A program made the translations under genes and the position numbers. The notes below the pieces were generated by a model that was given only the letters and a program-made list of their open reading frames with translations, searched no databases and had not been told where the DNA came from. A DNA stretch of 62,975 nt, the filler included, from Kipferlia bialata (Eukaryota), in assembly GCA_003568945.1 (NCBI GenBank). It is 4 parts of 4 records of this genome, joined end to end, with 100 filler letters (N's around TTAATTAATTAA, not from the genome) between each part and the next. Parts side by side here need not be neighbours in the genome. Positions count along the whole stretch, not along the records: positions 1 to 19,276 come from BDIP01000433.1; positions 19,377 to 31,212 come from BDIP01000434.1; 2 more parts are not named here. The stretch is one strand, 5' to 3'. Shown one piece after another: positions 13,440 to 24,891 of this stretch; the stretch's first letter is position 1, and each line of letters starts with the position of its first letter.

Positions 13440-15163
13440 CATACATATATATGTATATATAATAAAGACTTACCTCCCAGCCTCCCACTCCCCTGTGACC
13501 CCTGTCCCATCAGGTTGAAGCCCTTCTTGGCCCTCTCTCTCCCTCCCCCACTCTCTCCCTGCCTTAAGGGTGTAGCCCTAACCGTACTCTCAACGGGCAA
13601 AGCTAGGAACAATCCTGACAAGACACTCTTCTTCTGGCCCATACGCACAAGTCCACTTGTCACAGCTGTGAGAGACCGTGTAAGGGAACGTGTAGTGACG
13701 TCTGGTCCCACATAGTCACCTAGTCTATCTAGAGCAGAGTATAACTGAGTGAGGGCAGCTGTGACTGGGGCCATCACGCTCTTCTGCACCCTTTCTCTCT
13801 CTCTCTCTCTCTCCCTCTCACGCTGTGCCCGGTGTGTGTGTGTGTTCTCCCTCTCTCCCTCTCTATCTCTCTCTCCCTCTGTCCGCATATGTCTGGGGTC
13901 AAAAATATGATAAACGGCGTAGAGGGAGAAAGGGGGAGAGTGAGAGAGAGAAAGAGAGAAGATGTACCTGACTAGAGATATGGCACTGAGAGCACCGCAT
14001 AGTGTATCCTCCACACCCACTCTCTCTCCCTGGCCCTCCCTCTCACACACTCTCTCCCCCTCAGCGGCCTCAGCGTCTGAACGTCCCAGCGTTTCAACCG
14101 GTAGTAAGGTACGGGCCATGTCGTGTACCAGTGCAACTGACTCTCTCCGTGACCTCTCTCTCTCTCTCTCCTTGCCACTCTCCCTACCCCTCTTCTCGGT
14201 CAGCCTCTTCCTAGACATAAGTAATAATGTATATATACCCGTATTGTAGTCGAGATCATATATGTGCAGTTTAGTATTACTCTCCCTGCCCCTCTTCTCG
14301 GTCAGTCTCTTCCTAGAGAGTAAGAATACATGCATATGCATCAGCTCAATATAGGATAGTGTAAGTATTCTACTGTCACTGTCCCTGCCCCTCTTCTCGG
14401 TCAGCCTCTTCCTAGGGTTTGGGGATACACATTTATGCTACTATATATATATGTATATTGAGTAAAATATTCTACACAAAACTGAGAGAATATCTGCCAA
14501 GATAGTGAGAGAGTATAAGTCTCTTCCTGGGTGTGAGACATAAACACTATGTAGCAATTCAATGCATATACTAGTGAGAGAGTCTAAGTCACCTGAGACC
14601 CAGTGCCACTATAGAACAAATAATATAAACATACATATGTAATTATTCATGACACAGTACTATATGACTGTAAAACTAGAGTATATATAGGTCGCTAAGA
14701 TAGTGAGAGAGTCTAAGTCACCTGAGACCCAGTGCCACTATGTCCAGCAGCTGCAGACCAGCCTCTCTCTCTCTCTCCCTCTCTCTCTCCACAGTCTGGC
14801 GCCTGATGTGAATAAAGGGTGTAGAACGAGAGAATAAAGGTTTCATCCCGATACCTTATGTACTGAGAGAGAGAGTTCTGCACAGCCTGGATGGTATCCA
14901 GCAGGTCCTCCTCTCCCTCTCTCTCTCCCTCTAGACCCTTATTCGAGGAGTCAAGGTCTATCCGGTGCAGGAAATGCATCCTATGATAAGACATCGCATT
15001 GTCTATACATATATATGAATATAACAAAGAGGAAGTGTGGGACGCAATAGTTAGAGAGAGGCAGTTAGAGAGTGATGAGATAGAGTAGATCCCAGTGAGG
15101 GAGAGAGAGACGATACCTGAAGACAGATACTAGCAGGTTTCAGCCATCTTGAGCATAGGGTGT

Positions 15164-15194
<31 letters not shown>

Positions 15195-16183
15195 TACCTG
15201 AACACAGACACTGCCAGCGACACTCTCTTGTGCTTGACCATTAGATTAAGGGCATCTGATATGTTGCCTGGGTCATCAGATTAAGGGCATTAGATAAATA
15301 ACATTAGTTCAAGGTCTATTGTGCTTGTAATATCCTCTCTATATATATCTATATACCAATATACATTTATAATACTATATAGAATATATCTATCTATCCA
15401 CTCACCTGCCAGCATGAACCATGCCGCTGCCCTCTCCCACTCTCCCTTGCCCAGCAGGACATAGGCATTCTTGGAGGCAGCGACCTGAACAGTAAGTACA
15501 CACACATCAATAGTAGTATATTAGTATAATAATATTCATATACAAATATGTATGGCCTTGCCCAACAGGACATAGGCATTCTTGGAGGCAGCGACCTAGA
15601 CTATTAGTGAATATTTGAAAACACTGTGAATACCAATACCAATAATGAATGATAAACCTACATATATATAATTACATAAAGAGCAGCAATGGCATTATTG
15701 GAGGCCGCGACCTATGGCATCATATATATTATAAATTATATTATTATATTATATTTCTATATATTATTTGGATACCCAGAGCAGCATCACACAGGAATGG
15801 ATAACTAAAACCAGAGAGAAGTGCTCACTAATAGAGTGACTTGTATAGTCTTCTTCCACTTCAGATACGGGGGTGTATAGAGAGAGAGATACCTGGTTCT
15901 TCCTGATCACTGCGGCTGGAACACCCTCCTTGGGGACAAAGACCCTAGAGTTCAGAAAGACATGGAAATAACCAATATACAAATATGTATAGAGGTATAT
16001 ATAGAGGTATATATGAGTGTAATTGAACTGCATCTGGGACTATAACTATACTATAGCGGTATATACACACACTATTTATTGAAAATCATATATACTCGTG
16101 TACCTATCAGTGAGGAATGAGCCCAGCTTCCCCTGGTCGTTGGCCTTGTACAGGGCACCCAGTTGCCTACTGTAAAAGGGTCT

Positions 16184-16217
<34 letters not shown>

Positions 16218-17209
16218 TTGGCCTTGTACAGAGCACCCAGTTGCCTAGATAAGGCGTAGCGAGAGAGACAGAGAGACAGTACCTCTCTTTCCCCATTGCC
16301 ATGAGTGGCAGACACAGACAGTCTGGTACACATATAGCAATACATTCCTATCTCTCTAATAGTATATATAGTATACTTATACTCTTATACATTATTACCT
16401 CTCCTTGCCCATAGCCATGAGTGGCAGACACAGACAGTCAGGGCACTTGGATCTGTGGGTGTTGTGGGACAGGAAGAGACTGGGTTAGAGTACATATATA
16501 TATAATAGTATATATATATTAGTATAGACAGAGACAGGGAGAGAGAGAGAGAGAGAAAGGGCACTTGGATCTGTGGGTGTTGTGGGACAGGAAGAGACTT
16601 GGGTGAGAGGGAATCAGAACCATACATATATACATATATATACATATAGTATATAGTATAGAGAGAGGGAAAGGGAGAGGGAGAGGGAGACAGGAAGAGA
16701 CTGGGGTAAGAGGGTGTATGTCATCAAAATAGCAATATTAGAAACACAATATGGGTGTAGGTACAAACACACCTCTGGATGGCGTGCTGGAGAAGGTCTC
16801 TCTCTCTCTCCCTCTCCTTCTCTGCGGAGTCTCTCTCTCTCTCCCCCTCACATGGGGAGAGGGATGTGAGCAGAAGGGTGTAGAAGGCGTCGGGGTTGGC
16901 ACTGATCAATCTGGAGTTAGCACTGTAAATTAACAATACCCATAATGAAACATATATATACATACTGTGAATTGGCGGATATCAACCTGGCATTAGTACT
17001 GTATATACATTTACACTCACATATATAGTATCTGTACACATACACGTATATATACTCATACCTCGAAATGGTATCCTTGGCTGCCTTCTTCAAGTCAGAT
17101 CCTGCCTCACTCACTCTCTCTCTATCCCTCTGCTTCTTGCGTAGGGAGGGTGGAAGGGAGAGAGACAGAGGAGAGGTCACCTGGAAGTGAGTGCATAAAG
17201 CGTCTAGGA

Positions 17210-17240
<31 letters not shown>

Positions 17241-17276
17241 AGGTCACCTGGCTGTGAGTGCATAAAGGGATTAGGA

Positions 17277-17307
<31 letters not shown>

Positions 17308-19111
17308 AGGTCACCTGGCAGTGAGGGTACAAAGGGTCTAGAGAGGGAGAGAGAGAGAGAGAGAGAGTACCTCGAGATTAGCAAGGAGACCCAGGAGCAA
17401 TACACTTGCACTAGGAATGTGACCGCCAGCCTTCCTATCAATTCCTGAATGGTCAAGTCCTGGTTGGTCAAGGACTGACCCAAAGAAGCGCCTTGCTACT
17501 CCCGCTACGCCGTCTAAGGCAGATACTATCCTGGCACTTTCTCTCTCACTCTCCTTCCCTGCACTCTCTCCACTTATCTCTCTCTCTCTCTCCTCCTTTG
17601 AAGCAGAGGGAGAGAGGGAGAGGAAGGAGTGGTTGGGAAGAGCCATTGTGTCGGAGAGAGAGAGGGAGAGAGAGTCGAGGAGACTCGGAGCGTTGGACTT
17701 CTCAGCAGTTTGCCTCTCTCCCACTACCCCCTTACATACAAACACTGTCTGTCTCTCCAGTCCGACACTGGTGCAGAGGGAGAGAGAGAGCATGTGCCCC
17801 CTTTCAACCACCTTACAGGCATCCACTGAGACAGAGAGGTACCTCAGCCCACACCCAAGTGCCCTGACACATGCGTCTCTCTCTCCCCCTCTCCCTCTGC
17901 AAGAACTGAACTGCGAGGGTGAGTATATATGTAGCTCTCTGCCACCAGAGGGTAGTGCAACCACCACTGCCACAATGCCAGTCTCCTTGCCCAGTGCCGC
18001 ACATGCCACTCTCTCTCTCTCTCTCTCTCCCTCAATGAGAGTGGTGAGTAGCAGAGAAGTGTGTCCGAAAGGTGCCTCTCCAACACCACTTGAGGGTGTA
18101 GACGGAGAGACTATATGTGACAAGAGGGACTGCCGCACAAGCTGGCAAGAGCCTCTCTCAGTGGTAGAGAGGGACACTACGCCATGATGCGATGCACCCA
18201 CATGAGACGCTCCAGACGATTCAAACGCTCTAGAGGTAGGAAGTGCGTGGTGATAGCCCTGGTTCAGAGACCGGAATGCACATCTACCCGAGTCACAGAG
18301 AGAGGGAGAGAGAGAGATTACAGTGTGGCCCAGAGTTGGGGTGCCAACAGTTAGCAGAGTCTCCCTCTCCCTCTCTTTCTCCCCTGCCTTCCCCTTAACA
18401 GGGTGAGAGTGGGGGTAGGGGGAGAGTCTCTCCAGGATGAGTCTCTCTCTCTCCCTGCCTCCGCACAGAGGGGGTAGGCCTCTGAAGGTAGAGAGTCTAG
18501 AGACAGAGAGAGATACACCCTCTCTCTCTCTCCCTCTGGCTGTAGTAACACTCACTCTTAGGAGAGATAGTGCAATAGAGGCACCCAAACCCTCCTCGCC
18601 ACTCTCTCTGTTTTGGAGAAGGCAGGCAATGTCCAGAGTACTCTCTCCCTCTCCCTCTCCCTCTGCCTCACCATTTGTGCACCCCACTACCACTGTTGAG
18701 CATAGTGTACCACTACTGACTGGACCGTCCAGCTGGACAGGGGCAGACTGAGGGTCAGACCCAAATGTAATATAGATAGAGGTAAGTATATATATATATA
18801 TATATAATACTACTACACTATATATTGACCAGCTGGACAGGTGCAGACTGACAATGAGAAACATATACACTCTCACACACATACATAATGTATTACTCAC
18901 CTCCCACTTCTTGAGCACTCTGGCGGACTGGTGAATGGACCCACAGATACCACCCACACTGTCAGAAAGATCAAAGGACACGATGTGCATAGAACCCCTC
19001 ATCATCGCGTAGTTTTGGTCCTTCATGTGCTCTCCAGGCACATATCTCAGTCCCAGTAGGAGTGGGAGTGTGGGGTGGAAGAATAGGGAGTCAGGGTGGA
19101 TACCCAGTGCC
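1836..19111 (-). CDS. RAV1: Rav1/DMXL (rabconnectin-3A, RAVE V-ATPase assembly subunit)-like protein; many exons, 5' end truncated by the contig end
   Basis: Spliced exons at about 15.4-16.5 kb give CLPLMAMGKERQLGALYKANDQGKLGSFLTD..VAASKNAYVLLGKGEWERAAAWFMLAG, matching the Rav1p_C signature (FYLAMKKK..LWGLF..AALKNAFSLLGKQRFE.AAAFFLLAG). C-terminal WD-like exons (LLVGSSKGDIAVY, TSICFNTAGSVLCIGG) end GGVLIGSATGVIYALM* with TGA at 1838-1836. That the whole span is one gene is inferred, not proven. Confidence 0.75.
2824..3060 (-). repeat. Tandem array of about four 60-65 bp units: (CT)n-ACACCCTTATT-acceptor plus the first ~30 nt of an exon (DVPGSASRPI)
   Basis: ATGGGACGGGAGGCACTGCCAGGGACATCCTGCAATAAGGGTGTAG at about 2825, 2888 and 2951, degenerate copy at about 3015. 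Confidence 0.9.
5802..5830 (-). other. tRNA-like 3' fragment (Gly/Asp-like) with B-box, inside intron 5779-5839
   Basis: Minus strand reads CGGGAGGCCCGGGTTCAATTCC, matching the typical tRNA-Gly(GCC) variable-loop/T-arm; no 5' half. Confidence 0.6.
5969..6009 (+). other. tRNA-like 3' fragment (Leu-like acceptor) ending in CCA, inside an intron
   Basis: CCGGG-TACGATT-CCGGT-TCCAACC-A-CCA: T-arm register, 7-nt acceptor strand, discriminator, CCA; the T-stem has mismatches. Confidence 0.5.
6329..6400 (-). repeat. Coding 21-bp tandem repeat (SMSNLHG x3-4) in a Rav1 exon
   Basis: ORF 6250..6630 reads AMSNLHGSMTNLHGSMSNLHGSMHGS. Confidence 0.85.
7352..7379 (+). other. tRNA-like 3' fragment (Leu-like) with a perfect B-box, inside intron 7334-7397
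   Basis: GCGGG-TTCGATT-CCCAC-TGGCACC-A. Confidence 0.65.
7944..7991 (+). other. tRNA-like 3' half (Lys/Ile-like) with B-box, inside intron 7939-8038
   Basis: GTTAGAC...ATGGG-TTCAAGC-CCCAC-CGGGAGC-G. Confidence 0.65.
8234..8275 (-). other. tRNA-Glu(TTC)-like 3' half inside intron 8213-8280
   Basis: Minus strand TTTCAC-TCTGG-TGTT-CGGGAG-TTCAAAT-CCCGT-CACCGAT-A: anticodon loop through acceptor strand in roughly tRNA-Glu spacing. Confidence 0.6.
8753..8782 (+). other. tRNA-like 3' fragment with a perfect B-box, inside intron 8743-8801
   Basis: GGGCGTGGG-TTCGAAT-CCCGG-CAGTGTA-A. Confidence 0.65.
9497..9860 (-). repeat. Four ~97-bp units, each an acceptor plus the first ~45 nt of an exon (VNLGVSVNDETALV); only the 9497-9540 copy continues as the exon
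   Basis: GCAGTCTCATCATTGAC...GGTTGACCT at about 9497, 9595, 9693 and 9790, with ATCGCGTAG-containing spacers. Confidence 0.9.
11489..13055 (-). repeat. Array of phase-1 symmetric mini-exons encoding GGFGMRNVPQP(Q/K)P..DPMAAFG, plus partial copies
   Basis: Copies with both AG and GT at about 11490-11537, 11685-11738, 11892-11960, 12149-12210 and 12741-12809; a related exon at 13005-13055; truncated copies at about 12007, 12305, 12450 and 12655. Confidence 0.85.
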
Positions 19112-19180
19112 CTAGTATTAGAGAGAGAGAGAGGGAGAGAGAGAGAGGGAGTCAGGGTGGATGCCAAGGGTCCTAGTATG

Positions 19181-19222
<42 letters not shown>

Positions 19223-19276
19223 GGTGGATGCCAAGGGCCCTAGTATGAGATAGATAGAGAGAGAGAGAGAGAGAGA

Positions 19277-19376
19277 NNNNNNNNNNNNNNNNNNNNNNNN
19301 NNNNNNNNNNNNNNNNNNNNTTAATTAATTAANNNNNNNNNNNNNNNNNNNNNNNNNNNNNNNNNNNNNNNNNNNN
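19277..19376. other. Artificial contig linker
   Basis: 100 nt: N-run + TTAATTAATTAA (stops in all six frames) + N-run. Confidence 0.97.
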
Positions 19377-19383
19377 GGGGGGT

Positions 19384-19430
<47 letters not shown>

Positions 19431-21185
19431 ATCAAGAGACAGGGTGGGATGACAACATATCACACAGCAATAATTACGGATACCCCCAAAGGACGCGACT
19501 ATCACACTTCGTAAATATACAACCCACGCACTGGTTAGTGGACGACACAAACTCGTTGGACAGCCCAGCATGGTCTGCGTCATGGGCACTCATGGCCAGA
19601 CAGAGCAGTAGGTGGGACAGGGACGGGACAACGCACCGGCCCACGCTCTTGTCGTGCCTGATCTTGTTGGCCAGGTGGTATGCAAACTGGATTACATCGA
19701 GTGCATGGAGGCATGAGTGGTAGGGGACAGCGCGGTACAGGGGGTAGATGGTGAGGGAGTACTCTGCGATCTGCCTCTCTGTCACGTTGTGTCTGACCCA
19801 CCCCTCCTTGTGGAACATATGCAGGAGCAGGTGGCACAGGCCAAAGCCACCGCAGGAGTCCTGGGAGTCAGGGGTGTACTCACTCAGGTTTCTACACGAT
19901 ATGTAAGTGACGTATATATGTGTTACAAGATGATGTGGCACCTCGAATGCTGTTGCGTCGAATGACCTCTGGTCCTCTGATACCAGTGCCTGATCCAGGA
20001 TGGCATGGGTCGTGGGGTCGGCTAGGAGGGCAGCCCTGGGGTGAGGAAGATATAGTAACACAAGCGGTAGTGGCATGTCTATTACCTCCTGACCAGCAGG
20101 GCATCGACGTGTGACTCCGGTGCATAGAAGTCGGTGGGGAACACAAACTGACCATCGTCTGGCAAGGTGGGTCTGGGGTGAGGGGGTTGGTATCACATAC
20201 ATTCCACACTCATCGCGTAACTATCTTTCACCTGTATGTCTTGTGCAGTGATGTCCAGTCGTCCATGCAGGTGAGGGACACAGGCGTGGGAGACACTGTC
20301 CTTGTGGGGTCGAAGGGTGACAGGGCAGACAGGGCAGCAGAGCATGCGTGGTTGGTGTGGTGGGGGTGGGGGTGGGACGGCTGGGGGTCCACCTTGGTCG
20401 CCCCTCCCATCGCCCCAGTCTCACTGCGGCGCGATGGTCGGGTCTTCTTCGAGGTGGCTAGGGTGAGCGATAGTGATGAAGAGAGTCTGGACGATAATCA
20501 CTACCAGACTACATACTGTGGTTATGCATACCCTCGTCTGTGAGCCGTGCCCCCATGCCCGTGAGGGTGTGTGCTGGCAGGGACTGCCTCCTGCCTCCTC
20601 TCTCTCCCCCTCTCTCTCCCCCTGAGCTGACGCTGGACCTGTGCAGCTGGTTGATGCGAGAGTGGAGGGCCTCGTCCATGTCCTATGGAGTGGGGTGCAT
20701 ACACTCTAGTATCTGAGGTACAGAGACATATCCAGCAGAGACACACTGTAGCACACTACCTGCACCACAAACGAGAATGACCCTATGACCACACTGGGCA
20801 GGTCCTGACTGGTCCTGGCTGCCGCATAGCCAAAAGCAAGCTGGGTGAGACAGCGTTGGAGAGAGATAGGTGGGTATGAGAGAGAAGAGGGTTCAAGAGA
20901 GCATATAGACTCACCGCCAGCACCCACTTCTCGCCCACTCTGGGGGTGTCCGTGTCTCCCTCTCCCTCCCCATAGGAGGGTCTCTCCCCATCCCCATCTC
21001 CTTCGCCACTGGCCTCTCTGTCTGCTCTGCTTGACTCTCTCTCTCTCCCCTCTGCCTCCCCCCCAGACTCTGACTCCTCCTGATCGGGTACCTTCACCCT
21101 GTACCGGAACAGCACGTGGAAGTTGGGCTTCTCCCCTCTAAGGAACGCATAGACTGCCTCCCTGACAAGTCAGACACAGAAGCAA

Positions 21186-21230
<45 letters not shown>

Positions 21231-24200
21231 GAGGTCGAGCAGGTCCACCCACTTGATCCTGGATAGGAATGAGGCAAAGCCCCCGTCGCTCATGCCCAGT
21301 GATGCCTCGGCCTCCCCCTCCCCCTCTGTCTGTGTATCAGTGCCTGTACCTGAGGCATTGGGGGGGACAGGGACCTTGGGCTCGGGGATGTCGAAGATGC
21401 GGAACCAACGCTGGCTCAGCTTGAACACACCTGGGGTGGGGGTGGGGGGGGTGCATTGATATACACAGTACACAGACACAACAATACAACTACACATACT
21501 ACACTGATATACACACACCCCTACCTCTGTATGGCCAGTATGTCCACTTGGCATTAGTGTATGTGAACTGGGAGTGGGCAGGCAGGTAGTAGTCAAAGAG
21601 CCACAGCTCGGCCTCGTCCCTTGCTAGGGTGACAGCTGATCTGAAGAAGGGCACCACGCCCTTGGGGGGGTCTGCCTTGGGGGTGGCCTCTGTCTGTGCC
21701 CTCCTCTCCAGGTCAAGGACAAGGCGCGAGGGGGGGCGCTGGGGTCAGGGAGACAGCTAACGAGGCATAGTACAGACACCACTGATCGTGTCTGATACAC
21801 ACCAATACACACCCACCCACCTTTGCAGCTGCCGTGGACGCACTCTCCATCTGACTGTCCAGGGTCACATCCACACGCGTCCTGGGGGTCATGCGAAGAC
21901 AGAATCCTACTACTGTGGAATCCATACACTATATACACCGTCATATACCCACCTGATGTTGTAGAGTGTCTTGGAGAGCAGAGCCTCCTTCAGCTCGGCA
22001 TACTTGGCCCTGGGGGTAAGGGGGACGGGGAGGTGAGAGAGACTATCAGCCACAGTGACACAGCCTCTCCACCCACCTGAACCTGCCGTGACTGGGGAAC
22101 CTCTGGAGCTCTGTGAGGATGTGGGCTATCTCGTCTGCGTCGTACCGGAATGTCCTCTGCCCGTCCCCGTCCCTGTCCCCGTACAGCATGTCAGAAGACA
22201 CCCCAGACGACACAGACCCAAACACCTCGTCGGGCCCCTGGTGCAGAGGGGTGGGCAGGAAGGAGCGGGACACAGACGCCAACACGTGTCTCCTGACGGT
22301 GCTGAGGGGCCACGATATGTGCCAGACTGAGTGAAGGTGCCTGCAGAGGGGAAGGAGGGACAGACACACACCCCTCAGTAGCAGTGCCCCGGAGTGATTG
22401 GACAGCAGACCTAGAGACTCGGCTGTGAGGTGGACGTCCAGGCGCTGCTGGGGGTGAGACAAGGAGTGCGTGAATGTATACACACAAGGAAGTGCATATC
22501 AGTATGAGCCCCCACCTCATGGGGCATAACCCCCTCCAGGTGTGAGTGTATCCACTCCACGGTGGCCACTGCTGCCTCGTCTAGATAGGCCAGGGCAGTG
22601 TCGGTGGGTACGGCAGGGGTGGGGGAGGGGGCACCGCCCCTGGGCTCCCCCCAGCTGGTCAGACCCTGCCCCTCCTCACTCTCCTCCCACTCCGCCTCGT
22701 CACTGTCCAGCTCTCCATCGCTGTCTCTCTCCCTCTCACGCAGCCTGGCCTCGTGTCTCTCTCGCTCCAGTTTCTCTCTCTCCCTCCTCTGATCCTCCTT
22801 GCCCATCCCCACACTCTCCAAATGTGCTGTGACATGCAAGAGGAAAGGGGAGGTGCCAGGGCAGTCCAGCATGTCTGTGAGCAGTGTGTGTGCCTGTGTC
22901 ACTAGACTGGCCAGGGTGGCTGGGGCTGGGCCGCAGTCAGGGCTGGGGTCGACAAGCATGGACCGGTGCCGCATATACTGGCACACCACAACCCTGGGGT
23001 CAGAGAGCATTAGATGTAGTGTACCAATTAATAAGGCGGAGAAACTGGAGAATACTGGCATATGTGAGCCCGTACCTAGCCCTGTCTGCCAGTCTGTCTG
23101 TGGTGCCTCTCTCTCTCCCTCCCCTTCCTCTGCTAACAGTGCCCTACAGTGAGGGGAAGGGTATGGCAGAGTGGTATCAGAAGCAGTACAATGTCCATTG
23201 TTGGTCACTATACACACACCTGTCCCTTTGTGAGGGCACACCCCTCAAAGTCTACGAGGTGCAGCACACACACGTCGAGGACTAGGTACATGCCTGGGAG
23301 TGAGGTCGATACACACATATATATACCAACTATATCCTCCCATGCCCCCCACCTCCGAGCAGTGTGAGCAGGATGAGCCTGGTGACTGAGTCGTCTGTGG
23401 CCATGCCGGTGGATGCCATCCCTAGTAGGGTCATGTCTGTCTCTGCCCCCCCTCCCAACAGGAGGCCTGGGCACAGCGTGTAGGCACAGGCCACGGCCAG
23501 ACCGATGCTGCTCACTATGCCAAAGTGGTCGAAGTATTGCCCGTACACGCTGGGTCGGTAAGGGGCCAGGGACAGCTTCCTAGGTGTGAGTCAGAGGGAG
23601 ATATAGTATAGAGAGGTGTCAATCCCACCTGAAGATGTCTGATGACGTGACCTCTGACGTCTGGGTCTGGGCACCCTCTCCCTTGGCCTCTGAGGCAGGG
23701 GTGCCGAGGGGGGGCGACTGCCTCTTCTGCACCCCGTCCTGCCACATCCCCAGGCCCAGGCCCACCCCTGACACCAGGAGGGACAGGGCCACAGCGCACA
23801 GAGAGAGAGGCCCCACACCCTGCACCGGGTGGGTGGGGATGGGGGTATGCGAGGCGCCTCGGCCGGGTGCCCCCAGGGGGGTGGGCAGGGCGGGGAGACA
23901 GTACAGCACCCTGTACCCCTGGCTGGCCACAAACACCAGCAGCAGACACGTGCTGGTGAGACACAGGCTGTGCATCTTGGTGCGCCATCCGGACGGGACT
24001 ACGCGGCTCAGACCCCTGAAGGTTAAAGGAAGAGGCAGGGGGGAGTTAGAGAGAGGCGGGAGAGAGAACGAGTAGCGATTCAGAGAGAGGAGAGATGTGA
24101 TGGGGGGGGAGGGGGGGGGATATCGTGACATTATAATGTTATATCATACTGGAGCAGTTAACAACACACACTCAGTCCACCCACCATGTCACGTGGTTTG

Positions 24201-24740
24201 CATAGAGGGATGGATACACCCCCAGCAAGGCGCTCACTAAGGGCACGTCCTCGATGCCGCGCCACAGTAGACAGGCGGCCAGCAGGGTCCCTAGGTGGCC
24301 TAGGAAGTACCTGAGTGAGGGAGTCAATTTGAGAAGAGACAAATGAGAGGGGGGGGGAGGGGAGAGGGGGGAGAGAGGGATACGCCATCTGTATGGATAA
24401 TACTAGCCCTACAGACGCGCAAGGATGGCGCGTCCTCATATCTCTCTGTCTCCATCCCACCTGTGAGTGTACGGACTGAACGAGAGCATTGGTGTACACA
24501 AGGACCTCGGGCAAGGGGGGGACTACAGTGATGGGGGGGAGTACTCCGTGGAGTATTGGCGGGTGTGACCCGGCTGTATCTAATGGGATCGGCACTGTCT
24601 ATGCTTACGGGACTGGTATCGTCCAGTCACACCGCTGAACAGGGTCTCACCCGGCACTCTCTCCAGTGGCCAGTGAGAGAGGCACACACCCCACATGCTC
24701 TCCTCACACCCCACAACATACCCTCACTGTTCACACCCAT
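19377..24740 (-). CDS. Class I 3',5'-cyclic nucleotide phosphodiesterase with an N-terminal multi-pass transmembrane region; 3' end truncated by the contig end
   Basis: Exon at about 19520-19890 encodes PYHSCLHALDV and AHDADHAGLSNEF (YHN..HA.DV and HDxxHxGxxN PDEase_I motifs). Upstream exons carry hydrophobic helices (CLLLVFVASQG, AVALSLLVSGVGLGLG, GIVSSIGLAVACAY). The start codon and single-gene status of the 5' exons are inferred. Confidence 0.8.
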
Positions 24741-24891
24741 CCGCGTTCTGACGTATATGCCATACTGTAGATAGAGTGTGAGTCGGAGTAGACTGAAATG
24801 TCTGACAATCAGAGTCGGATCTCATGACGTCTGATCGAGTGACTTGGAATCCACCTTGGGATCGCTGTTCTCTTCACCATACTCATCGAAT
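24741..24891. promoter_or_regulatory. Putative short bidirectional promoter between the PDE (-) and Tudor-SN (+) genes
   Basis: Head-to-head genes about 150 bp apart; depends on the inferred PDE start. Confidence 0.4.

Noticed and set aside
19321..19332. TTAATTAATTAA palindrome, also at 31257 and 50612
   Set aside because: Sits in identical 100-nt N blocks; an artificial six-frame-stop linker, so gene neighbourhoods across it were not interpreted
19377..19429. Long poly-G tract (poly-Pro/Gly ORFs), also at 62937-62958
   Set aside because: Homopolymer at a contig edge; length unreliable and probably intronic
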